Source: Styela clava (Eukaryota). Taken from it: a stretch of DNA of 64,000 nucleotides. Position numbers and translations under genes: made by a program. The stretch lies in NCBI RefSeq assembly GCF_964204865.1, contig NC_135260.1, forward strand, positions 9,486,001 to 9,550,000. Reading direction: 5' to 3'. Position 1 is the first letter of the stretch, and each line of letters starts with the position of its first letter. Shown here one piece after another: positions 1 through 12,008 of the stretch. Below the pieces are notes generated by a model. The model made no database searches, had not been told where the DNA came from, and saw only the letters and a list, made by a program, of their open reading frames with translations.

Positions 1-1319
1 ATTTTTTTGAATAGCGAAGGAGTCAAATATATCCCAAGGCGGAAATTCTTTCTCTTATATTCCTTATAAAAACAGACTCTATGTCCACTATGTATGTTAC
101 AGGAATCAATCGATAAATGAACACCAATTTTTAAATCTAATTTATTATTCTCAAACACCCATTATCTTATAATTATAAAATTATGAAGTTTTGAAGAAAT
201 AATAATTTGAATATGAATTTCACTTTCTGTATAATCATAGAATGAAAAACACTGGTACGGAAAAGTATTCCAAGTTACAAGTAAGAATTTCCGATTTGGC
301 CTGGGTATACAAAGTCACAATTGTAAGTTGCCACCAATGTAAGATTATGGCAGAAACTCGACCGAAGGTACGCTAATTCTGAGTTGAATGGTACAGGTAG
401 AATAACCGAAACTATATTCTGATTCAATTGTAAGCATAGATCAAATATGCCAGTCATTTTTCCTATCTATGGCTGATAAATTTTAAAAGAAAAAGCAGAG
501 GTGCGTGGATCCAATGTTATGAAAAGCAAATCAAGCTACATCCTGAAAACTGCGGTGCGCGAATTTTGTTTACGTAAACATCAGCAATTACGAGAAATGA
601 CAAAGCGATTTTTCACGTTATTAATCGAATGGCTATTTTATATTCTTTAGTTTAAAGTATCGTTTACGATGTTAAATTCTCTAGAAAAGACTGCTTCTGC
701 TGGCTAACAACCATCTAGTTTCGTCTTAGTAACGAGAATAAAAATCAATGGATTTAGACGACCGTAGCCCATCCTTCACAGGCGGTTACATATCGGAATT
801 GCAATCTACGGTATTCAGACAAGTCTATTAATTCTCTGACGTAAATCCCTCGGCTTATCAGTCAAAAGCAAATAGTGTTTACTCAAAAACATCAATGTAT
901 AATTTTTTTTTCAAATTTTGATTACACCCATCAGCCAGTCTGAACTAAACAAACCGGAAAAGATTTAGATTATCTTCATAAATTTATATACTTTTTATAT
1001 ATACTTTATTATATCTACTAACCTTAACAATATATCGTTTTGAACCCAATATGACAATAATACAAATTATATATTTTATATCAGAAGTCAGAACAATTAA
1101 AATAAAGAAATACTCAGAAAACTATTTGCTAACCTAAAACCAAAAACATATTATCAATCACCAGCTATTTTGACACAATGTAATTCAAAGTATTTGAAAT
1201 ATACGAATTGATTTGAATAATCATACGATGGAAAAAAAATCTAATAATATATTACGAGCGAGAAAACAAAGTCCGTTGCAAACTTATTTTTATTACTATA
1301 TTGATTAAGTAGATTTCCT

Positions 1320-1556
1320 GGCGCTCCCGTAGTATGTGAACCAAGATGGCGGACACCGGAACGTAGTATGTGTACCAGGTTAGGGTTAGGCCTTAATTTT
1401 ATTCCAATTTTCCTCATTTTAGTTTTATTACGAGTTCGGGGACCAGTCAAGTGACTCTCGTAGTATTTGTACCTGAAATTATGGCCTAACCCTAACCTGG
1501 TACACATACTACGTTCCGGTGTCCGCCATCTTGGTTCCCATACCGAACTACGGGAG
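1320..1556. mobile_element. Second near-full copy of the same long-TIR MITE, opposite orientation
   Basis: Same TIR (ctcccgtagtatgtgaaccaagatggcggacaccggaacgtagtatgtgtaccaggttagggttagg). The internal segment is the reverse complement of that in the 50026 copy. Confidence 0.85.
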
Positions 1557-3337
1557 GTTTAAAAAAGTTCCCCAAAATTAATAACAAACCTCTGATTGAT
1601 GTGAACTTCAAGCTTAAAAAAAGCAATTAAATTACAAATCTCCATCTCATCTGATAAAAACAAGAAAAAATAAATAAATCAGAACGATAAACTTGTCCCG
1701 TATATGACCTAATCCAGACAATAGCACTTTCAAAAAAAAAAGTAAAAGATTCTTATAGTTGATGGAACATTAAGATCATTTGGATCCGTGTCCTTTCCTC
1801 CATATCAGGAAGGAACTTTTACTACCTACTCGCCACAATTCAAGACTAATGGAATGAATGAATGAATATTCATTATCGAATAATACGTCAATCGATTGTA
1901 CGGAGTAAAATTGTATTCAACCCGTCATGTTCATCATCATTATCACCGTCATCATCGTAAAATATGTTAATTAAATAAGTATGAACCGTAAAATAATTAG
2001 CCTAATCAGAATATGACGCCTCCGAAATATGGTCCCAAATTTGAAGTAAGAGGGCATAATTCCATTCAAAGCGTGTGGTGCATTGCATTTATTAAGCCAA
2101 TCTTAAATAAGAAAGTTGGTAAGCTTTGCCCGACGAAGACGTTACGGTCTATTCAACACGAATGGCCTCTGTACATGACCTCGGTACATCTAGTTTTCCG
2201 CTTGTCTGAATCAGTTCGGAGCAAAACAATGAGCATAAAATACAAGGTGACCTCCCCCCTCCCCCCACCTCCAAAAAAAACATAAATTCCTAATTATTTC
2301 TACGAAAATGAAGAAACGTATTCCACACTCGAACTTCTGTTTGCGTAAGATTGTACCCAAAAAGTTTCAGTAAACTAGGTCGATATGCACTTTTCACTTC
2401 ACTTAAATTAAAAGTCTGAAATAATTATCCAAATATCACTCAATTTTCAAGTCTTTGAATACTTGAGAGATGAGGTTTTCGTATTACAAATATAATTCTA
2501 ACCTGCCGATGATGTCATTTTACCGAAATAGACAGTTAAATCCCAGGGTATCTGTAAAGATGATCCGTTTTGTTTGACACTAATGCCACACTACTTAAAC
2601 ACAAATCCCAACTATTCTAAGATATTATCTGGATTGCGACGATAGGCTGAAATATGAATAGACCTAATTCCTCATGTCATTTTTTATCATTCTGACTTTG
2701 CCAATCAATTAGGAGTTTAAGGCGAAGAGCACCCCTAAATGACGTTTAGACGATTTAGCGCGTGTCGCATGCTTTTCTTCTTTTATCCTTTAAAAACGCG
2801 ATTTGCTACGTATAAAACCAGAAAATATCAATGCCCGACTGCGATTACATTATAAGAATCACCTCAACAATATCAACAACAACTAAAACGCAACCCGATT
2901 ACATGAACCAGCAAATAAATGTGCCACAAATTGTGCCTTTTTTCGTTCCGCAGAACTAATTAAATGAATTATAACACTTCATCAAAATAGCAAATACGAT
3001 AAACAAGCGGGGACACAACACGCCAATAAATACCAGCATAATTATGTATATGATGTATGTAAAACCTTGTTCGACAAAAAACGGGTAACAACTCATTAGA
3101 ATATCGTCAATGTTAGGCTAAACCGTACCGAAAAAACTAGCATTCTACTGCAAAATATAAGTTAAACTGAACTAGTTTTTATTAGTGTGTCCCTCTTCTA
3201 TAAATAATGCATTTCAAGCTCCTTCTAATGATTCTAATTTCAACTGTCGATCGAAGTAGCAAATGAAGACACTAGCCACAATTTAAAGCACCCATAAGTG
3301 CCTATTTTGCATTTTTTTTTTTTATATATTTTTATAC

Positions 3338-3784
3338 CAGGTTGTCCGTGGGAAACGTCCCATGGAATGGGATGGTACAGCACACATTTGTATTTCCCAT
3401 GGGGCACGAAAACCGTATGATTTTCAGGAAAATGATGGTAAAACATTTCGCGTTATGGACTTCGTGTCCATATATTTGAGCATAGCTCACTTGTTAGTTA
3501 TAAAGAGCAAAATATATTTAGCATTAACAATATACTTCGTGGGCTGGGGGCTGATGGCCACATGTATAATAGTTATGAATATAAAGTTAACAAAGTCCGT
3601 ATATTTTGTAGTTTTGCATGTCTCTTCGTACATGTTGTCTTATTTAGTACACGCTAAACCTAAATATAACAATTTTTATTGAATTCTATTCCAATGGGAA
3701 TCTCATGGGGTGGGATGGGACAGGCATAGTTGCCTGGGATGGAATGCGAATGGGACAGAAAAATATGCCCCATAGTCAAGCCTG
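3338..3784. mobile_element. Degenerate MITE with CCCATGGGA/GGGATGG subterminal repeats
   Basis: Ends caggttgtccgtggg...cccatagtcaagcctg are imperfect inverted repeats. Contains a fragment of the HINE-like family at about 3451-3494. Confidence 0.6.
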
Positions 3785-6700
3785 CGCATTACTGAAACAT
3801 TATGGCGTCACAACAAAACAAATAAATGATTGGTTGTAATAATTGCAGTACTCCAGTTGTCTTTACTTCAAATTTTACTTTCTCTAAAAACCGCATGTCA
3901 CCGTAAGTTCTAAGCTAATATAACTCAAAATATTCAAATTATCATCACTGTGTTGAATTCAATAATAAAATGGAAGGCTAAATTAGTCTAAAAATACGAT
4001 GTATACAAACTAAAATGCCTATCGAAGATAAAATCCAGACTGTCTAGCAATGAACACTGTTCAATAATATCTTTTAGTCTATATTCAACAACTACAATCT
4101 GAACACTTTTCAGTAAGCAATAAATTTTATGCGATTTTATTAGGGAACAGAATATATGACGTAGTTGATTAGCCGAAGATAAAATAGACTGTTGTTATAC
4201 ATTATCTTTCAACCCAAATAAGTTCGATTTTTTCCACACACTAACATTAATTGACTACACATAAACGATCATTGATTTTGTATCTTAGGGAAATGGAACA
4301 AATAAAAATCAAATGACCGACTTGATATGGCCCACAGATTGACCACTTTTAACTTTGGCTCATATTAAATCAAAAATAACGAAAGGCATAGCGCGTGCTC
4401 TACCTATCACCTGAATGAAAAAGAAAAAAATCGAATCTCGTTAATCAGTCAATAAGAAAGCTTTCACTCAGGGGCCCTTGTTCATTTGGAAAAACAGCAA
4501 TGGCGGTCGATTGATTTGCTCGATTGCATTTGCATTTTTTATCCGTTTTTGGATTAAATCGATCAGACCAAGATCAGTAAATATGAGAATGAGAAAATCG
4601 AATTGAAACATATAGTTTTTCAAACAGAATTTAGACACCGCTCAAAAACAGTAAAATATAGTAATCCACGATTAAGGGATTAAGAGTGAATCCACCTACA
4701 GAACTTAATTAAAGAACATGAACATTGGTATTATGTGAACCAGTACATACATAATGATCACGACAATTTTTTCTGAGTTATATAAGAGTTTCTTTACGCA
4801 CTAAAACTAATAAAGCATCACTTGAAATATCCTGACTCGTTGCTACAGCATTCTTGCATTATAAGCATACGTATCCACCGGCATCCAAAACAAAAGCATA
4901 GAAAATGAATATGTAGTTGGTCTCGCATAAAACAAATCGATAGCACCTTTTTGACTACCAATTCACACTCAACCACAGAGTCAAATAGAGACAGTTTTAC
5001 ACAAGCTCCTATTTCATTCAATGCTAATTAATTCAATAAGTTATCTTCACTCTTGCTTCAGCAACCTTCCTTTGCATCATATATTTATAACACAAAAAAT
5101 AGAAATCCAATTGCGCAATACCCGTATTACATTTACTGTATTTGTTGTTTGACAATGAGACATAAATTTATACGCTTTTCGCTAGGCCACTGTGCCCACA
5201 AATGGTGATTCATTAGCATAATAGTACATAATAAGTATGATAAAATAAAAATAAAAATTATTCATATATATTCAAATATATACAAATAGCAACGATTATA
5301 TGAACAGAAAATAGAAAGGAGAATTTATATAATTTTAGCAAAGTAGCGCAAAATCACGAACAAAACACATGTCAGGGCAATCCCATTAGCCATATGTTTG
5401 TTCCCTTATGATTGCCGATAGTTTTGTTAGTTACACTTCCATCGATCCTGTCTGGTCTCCCGCGTTCGGTCTTACAAAATAAACAACAAACAAAATGCCG
5501 GAGCCAAATTAATTTCGTCTGCGACTTAGCTGAATTGATTTTTTCGATGTAAGCCTGATAGGCTTGTAATAAATAAATTAGCCGCGACTGTGACGTCAAA
5601 GTCCCTGAAACAATCGACTCAATTCGAGTTTTTCAGTAAGTCAAAGAGTTTGCACAATTGCTGCAAATAGGTGCAGTAATAAAAATTTGAATCAGTACTT
5701 CTAATATATTTAGGACTCAAATATACAAAGTCTTAAAATAGACTTGAAGGCTAAAACCAATTATTGTTGTTCGAGAGACCTATTTTAATTGTAAAATTTA
5801 TTCGAATATATTTGAGCTTGGAAGATTTACTGAAAATATACCACGAAGTTAATTGGAACTCGCTTCTTTTTATCAATTTTTCAAATATTAAAGTCGTCAC
5901 ATCTAAGAGTGACGCTGATTCAGGATGTGAGACTTCTTAGCCGAACATATATTTGTGCTTATGGGGTTCAAATCATTACATTGTAAGTATATTCTGTCAT
6001 AGCCGTGATCGTAGCTGGATCGCAAGTCTCGCATAAGGTCATGTTGTATGGCAAAGGTCGCTGTGATAACAACCACACGATTGGTTAATCTAAAGTCTAA
6101 ACGAACATTTTTCCAGTTTGACCTATGTCTTATAGGTTCATTACACACAGTAGGAACTAGTCAAATGAAGGGCTGTATATAATTTATTATTTATAGGAGT
6201 GTCAAGTCGTCAAAGATTAATGGCTGATATTCAATCAATGGGATTGAAATAAGCTGTTTGCTACTGACTTTTACAACTTCAGGATTCAAGATTGATATAA
6301 TAATAGGAGGTCAAGCCCTGATTTTCAATTCTATAATAGTTTTCACATATAGAAAAATATAAAGCAATGTCACATACGGTATTATGAATCATTATGCTAA
6401 CATTCACATAAGTAACACATACGGCTAACAACCACAAGTCTGACTGAAAATCTGAACATAATCCGAAAACAGCTCAAAATATCGAATTTTTTGCTATTTA
6501 TGTGTTTTCAAATTCTCGAGAAACCAAAACTTTCTTGTAAATACTGAGTTACAATATTGTAAATGCAACTACTTTTCTCAGAAATTTGATACACTGTTAG
6601 CGAAGCAGAAAAATGATGGTGATTCTTGTGCTCTAACAAACCACTGTTTTTATGCAGCGTATCTTCCCGCCTGCTCGCTATCAACTTTTATTTGTGCACG

Positions 6701-8804
6701 TAATCTCAGTTATGTGACTCGTAAATCACACAATAAATTTCACACAAAATTTCACATATGAAATATTACTGTTAAATGCTGCTTAAATTAATTTTACTCG
6801 AGTTTACCTATAGTGCTCTAGCGATAATTACAAGCGTATATTTGTGTACAAACAAAACAACCCATTGTTGTTGCTATACTAAAAAGCAGAGGACACACAC
6901 CTCTTTTCGTATATATACGTCATTATCTCTACAACAGCACTTAAAAAAGTTTGTACTTTAGCAAAACCATATATAATAAAAACGAATGACCCCTTTCCTC
7001 AAGACCATCACACATCAAAAACACACTTCCGCGCACAAAACGAAAAACACTTCATAGCGACGCCTGACTAAATCCGGTAATGGGTTTTAAACTGTTTGCC
7101 ACTTTCAATACTTGACTTTTACGAAAAAAATAAATACAAAATATCATTTTTTGTCTGAAATATGTCCGGTTATGCACAAGGAATATAAAATCAATCCTTC
7201 CAAAGGTGGATTTTACATTTTTCAAGGATGGACCATTCCTAATCCTGATGATACCTTATTTTCTTAGACTGCCCTACCCGGAATAAATGTAACAATTGAG
7301 CTCCGTTATCAGACATGACGATATAAACAAATATATTGAAGACGCCTAGAGGCAATAGACGCTTACATAACCATAAAGTAGTTAAGCCTAGAACTGTATT
7401 CGGAATTCCGGTCAAAGATATCCTATTCTTTAAATTTGGGTAACCCAAAATCCCAAAATTGAATTTAAAATACATAATTCTGAAATTTGAAAGAAAAAAC
7501 ATTTATGTTCTAATCTCAAAACAATACACTCGATTTACTTTCCTGTCGCGTGTTTCCGACTCATTCAGATCAGACATGACAATTAAGACGCAAAAATCGT
7601 ATTTTCTAATTGTTATTGACGCGCTTCAACAAAGCAATTGAAAAGTTTTATGAAATGAACATCAGAAACACCGGCGCTTACTCTTTATGAAACAAAAACA
7701 ATCGAATAATATAAATTCAGTAATTTTTTAATGAGAGAGTCACAATTACTGTAAATATCTATATTTTTCAGTATATACCTAAATACAAAGATACAAAGTA
7801 TAAAGGCATACAGTACACTTTAAACAGAACGTCCAACGCACGAAATTGAATCATCTTTGAGAAACTTGACCAACCAAAGGGTATCTTTATTAAAAAAAAA
7901 TTATTGTTTCAAATAGTATTTGTTTATTTAAAAAATACCGTAATTCTAACTTTTTTTTCCGACACATAGCCAAATTTCAAAATAATGACCTGAACTATCA
8001 AATTCAATATCTAAGTCTTTTCAATTGAAAATCTTTTTTTACATCCATGAAATTGAACTCTAACAAAAGTTAAGTATCATTTCTTCTATTTTGTATAGCT
8101 AACATCGATTTTGTATCAGAACTCTCTAAAAAATTCCCGTTACTGAGTTTTAGTATCGACTGGTCGAATCTGCCAGAAACTTCAAAATTTCTATAGAGTA
8201 TGATTGATAATATAAACACGATAAATAATCGGCTTTTGTGGTCATCAGTTTTTTTGTAAAATTTATCGAGAAACTCGTATTTTTTTTCCAAGGCACGAAG
8301 GGCTTGCATGTGACAAGCATATATGAGAATCCCAAATGATTTCAATTCCAATATGTGACATAGTACATATACGAGTGACCTCAAAAAAGAACCCATGCCA
8401 TTTTGAACAAAAATTTTATTCTTTTGTTTTTAAAGGGGGGGGGGGTCAGGGTCAGGAAATATGCGCGTAAAGATACGAATTATTAATTTGTTGATATCTA
8501 TGTTTCTTACAGACAATATTTATTTATACGGATATAAGGGAGAGTGAGATAAGCGTGATGAAGTTGAAAGCTAAGGTTATCAAAGTTTCAAACATTTGTT
8601 GTTCATGTTAGTTAACTGAAGTCAGAATGAATTTACTACCGTTTTTTCTTTTTCTTTTATACTTGTTTTAGCCCTCCAAAAGTGTGTGTTCCAATATGAA
8701 GGTAACTAATTTTGTATGCCTACTTCACATTAAATTGTGTAAAGGAACTGAAACCTATGGGCAGGGGGGTATAGCCACTTGGCTAACACAGACAGTATAA
8801 AAAA

Positions 8805-8873
8805 CCTGAAATAAGGAAAGTCGAAATCAAATTATGGCATAACCCTAATCTGGTACACACACTACGGAAGTAC
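8805..8873. mobile_element. Truncated one-ended derivative of the long-TIR MITE
   Basis: aaattatggcataaccctaatctggtacacacactacggaagtacc matches the right arm with an internal deletion. Confidence 0.65.
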
Positions 8874-9109
8874 CCTTTTTTACCAAAAGTCTTACGTCCG
8901 TATGTAATTTTAGTCAAAATTATATATATTAGCTATTAAAATTTCAGAATTTTTTACATTTTGGCTGTGGTTTCCTTGGTTTATTCAGAATTAATCAGAT
9001 ATTGCATTACCAAAACCAGATATTTGATAATATAAAAATAATTGATTAGTAAAACTCCTTTCACCGAATATACATTAAATAGAATTTACATTTTTTCTAT
9101 ATATTATAA

Positions 9110-9221
9110 GGCGCTCCAGAAGTATGCGCACCAAGATGGCGCACAACCTGATAACCCTAACCTGGTACACATATTATGTTCAGGTTGTGCGCCATCTTGG
9201 TGCACATACTTCGGGAGCACC
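9110..9221. mobile_element. Short subfamily copy of the long-TIR MITE
   Basis: gaagtatgcgcaccaagatggcgcacaacctga...tcaggttgtgcgccatcttggtgcacatacttcgggagcacc, almost entirely palindromic. Confidence 0.8.
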
Positions 9222-9280
9222 TACCAAAATTGCTTTCTGTGCGTTGATCAATGTAGTTCAGGTTACCATTTCATCATGAT

Positions 9281-9540
9281 ATTGGACGCGAAGTGTACCT
9301 ATGGATCGTATTGTCATTTCCTATTTTTCTTATTGTTATTTCTCTGGGTTCTGTGGGATTCGTTTTTCATTAAAAAATTATGTGTGATGACGTCATCAAA
9401 ATTAATAAAAATTGTGCACCGTCCGTGGTTCCGTGATCGCATCTCAGCGATCTGGTGGTCAGATTATCGGTACTGAAAAAAATTTGACACTTGTTCGTTT
9501 TGGTCTTCGTGTCCATATATTTGAGAATTGGTCTCTTGTT
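9281..9540 (+). mobile_element. Helentron/HINE-like dispersed repeat, family 1
   Basis: Subterminal inverted repeat TGGAC(A/G)CGAA / TTCGTGTCCA, end ...ctcttgtt followed by a T-run. Homologous to 10705-11374, 11617-12008 and 29543-29790. Confidence 0.65.
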
Positions 9541-10400
9541 TTTAATATTGTTATCATCTCTGGGGTGCAATTGACAAAGTCAAATGTGTGCAAATTTTCT
9601 ACCAGATTTCCCTATATGACGTCATCAGTTTAAGGATGACTTGGAAATAAAGAAGATTTCTGTACCGCAGGTTTTTCCATGTACAACAAATTTGTCATCT
9701 TAAAAATTTGAGCATTTACCGCCACGAGAAGTTTACAGCTATTGCAGTGAATATAACATTTCGTTGGTTCGAGTATTGTTGATTTATCTTTAGTCAAAGC
9801 AAATTTGTTTCACTCAAGCTATTTTTCAACGTAAATCTAATAATTCAAAATATGTCCTCAGAAAAACGATTTTCAATGTTGTTCTGATTAATTTCACCTC
9901 GGAGTAAGTATATGAAAATCATCGTCAAATGAGTGTTAATGATCTTTTCCAATATGCTAATCAATGTTCTTCATTCCCCAGGTCGTTCATAAGAAATCAC
10001 CGCCTATCTACCTAGTGAGACTTCTACTTTTCTACTAACTAATCCAAGCCCACCAGGCAATAGATTTTAATCGGCTTTTTGATTTCCGTAACATCGATTT
10101 ACTTTGCGTATATTAGGTAGAGCCAAATTCACTGATTCTTCTATACCCTTCTATCCAAGTAGGCCTACTGCTCTACCCCGTGCCAAATCCTTTCTGCCTG
10201 GACAAAACTCAATTCGAAAGTTATGTTTCAGTGAAAATGGAATTCTGACTTGGAAGTGTTACCGGATGTAACATTGGCTAATCAGCATCAGCAATCCTTC
10301 CGATTTAATGCCATATGCAATCACTCATAAAAAATGCAAGGAACGTTTGCCTATTCCAGCACATTAAAGCAAATTTCAAACAAAGGATTCAATAACTTAC

Positions 10401-10564
10401 TTTTGTGGTTTTGTGTATGTGCGGAACTCTACTTTCGTCAAATCTCTGTTGAGCATATTGTTCGACTGCGGTTCAGCACTGATACCTTGCGCCCTCTCTT
10501 TTTTGGCTTTCTTTGATTTTTCTCCCGCGCCATGTCGCGGTTGAGTAGCAACTGGGAAGACCGA
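10401..10564 (-). CDS. PRKG1: PKG I second coding exon: autoinhibitory/pseudosubstrate segment; the gene continues beyond the left window edge
   Basis: Acceptor tttttcttattcAG, then SVFPVATQPRHGAGEKSKKAKKERAQGISAEPQSNNMLNRDLTKVEFRTYTKPQ, then a GTAAGT donor (phase 0 in, phase 2 out). RAQGISAEPQ is the PKG I-alpha pseudosubstrate motif. The exon joins exon 1 in frame. I did not recognise any cNMP-binding or kinase exons in 1-10400. Confidence 0.92.
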
Positions 10565-10704
10565 CTGAATAAGAAAAATATAGAATAATAAATGGCCTTA
10601 TTTTTACTAACTAACCAAATATAGGGAATGTTTAACTTTCAAAAAACAACATAAAATCAAAAATTCACAGTATGACGGTTTTTTATATCTATCCTTAAAG
10701 GAAA

Positions 10705-11374
10705 AACAAGAGAGCGATGCTCAAATATATGGACAGGAAGTAGATATGCAATACGCTACAGAAGTCTACCGATACTGTACCACGCTGACCACCATAACCA
10801 ACTTACGCGAAAGAGGAACCGCCACAAGCAGCGCAAATTATTTTTGATGACGTTCTCGCGCACACACACACACAAAAAAAAAATAGGGGCCACTGAAATT
10901 TTTGAAATTAATAAAAGTCAAAGCCGATTAGCGAAAACACAGACAGTCCCCGAACTCTTAATAGAACTAAAAAAAGGAAAATCGGAAATAAAGTTATGTC
11001 CTAACTCTAACTTAGTATACACACTACGGGAGTACCCAGAGAAGTGGCTGAGCGCTTAATTGACTAAATCAAAGATAATGATAGACGTGGCGTAGGCGGC
11101 CATACTTGACAGAATAAAATCATTGTTTTTATGATTTGAAATAAAACAACACGAATTTGGGGGTAATATAGGATCTCAGAGGAAAATTGAATAAAAGTAA
11201 AATAATATTTATTTTTAGTGACTGTTTCCATCTTTAAGTACTAAAAACTTAAAATCGATTGATCCATTAATTGGGAGAAAGACGATTTTTTTTGCACCAA
11301 AAGAGTCCTCCAACAATAAGACTAACAGCGACAACGTTGGAGCAAAACGATCCACAAGCCCATTTCGTGTCCAA
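10705..11374 (-). mobile_element. Helentron/HINE-like repeat family 1, inverted copy with nested MITE fragment
   Basis: Begins aacaagagagcgatgctcaaatatatggacaggaag (hairpin GAGC-gat-GCTC) and ends aaaacgatccac...catttcgtgtccaa. Confidence 0.65.
10946..11036. mobile_element. Truncated derivative of the long-TIR MITE nested in a HINE-like element
   Basis: gtccccgaactcttaatagaact...cctaactctaacttagtatacacactacgggagtacc matches 50138-50261 with the same deletion as 8805-8873. Confidence 0.65.
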
Positions 11375-11616
11375 AAAAAGGAAAACCTGATAACCCAGAA
11401 TTACATGCTACATGCTTGCTGACAAAATTTTGCCTTCAAAGGCAGTTATGCATGAATATTGATGGGTAATAATGGATAAATATGGATCGTGTTTGACGGT
11501 TACAAGTTTGGCAACTAAATATTACCAATATAAATTGATATTGTTGAAAACAAACAATTTAACATTATCGCACTCTGTAAATCGACACATTATTAGTCGT
11601 TCCTAGATTTTTTCCT

Positions 11617-12008
11617 ATTGGACACGAAATGGACTCATGGATTGTTTTGTTATTATGTTGTTTGTGATTTTGTTGTAAGTATTCTTCTTTTCTTGTTGTA
11701 ACTATTGTTAATGTGAAAAAAAGGCCTTTACTTTTTTACTGGGCCAATTTCTTTGAAAGTGGTGAAAGATTGTATTTGTCGCTAGAAGGCTTACTTTTAT
11801 TTTTTTTAACTTGGTGGGCTTTATGGGATTCGTTTTTTTTTTTTTGTGTGTGTGATGGCGTCATTTGGATAAAAATGTCGCACCTCGTGACGGTTCCTCG
11901 TTAGCGTTTGTTAAGACTGGGGTGCCGGTACTCTACTGTAAATGATTGCGTACTCGTACTACTTCGTTATGACTTTCGTTTCCATATATTTAACATTGCT
12001 CTCTCGTT
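11617..12008 (+). mobile_element. Helentron/HINE-like repeat family 1
   Basis: attggacacgaaatggactcatggattgttttg...gggattcgttttt...ttcgtttccatatatttaacattgctctctcgtt. Confidence 0.65.

Noticed and set aside
1377-1390. TTAGGG units as an interstitial telomere
   Set aside because: Only about two units, and they are part of the MITE arm.
1241-1507. Similar ORFs at 1241-1507, 49903-50244, 9042-9476 and 40102-40317 (shared NLVHIL / HQDxAQP peptides)
   Set aside because: They are chance translations of the palindromic MITE copies, not a protein family.
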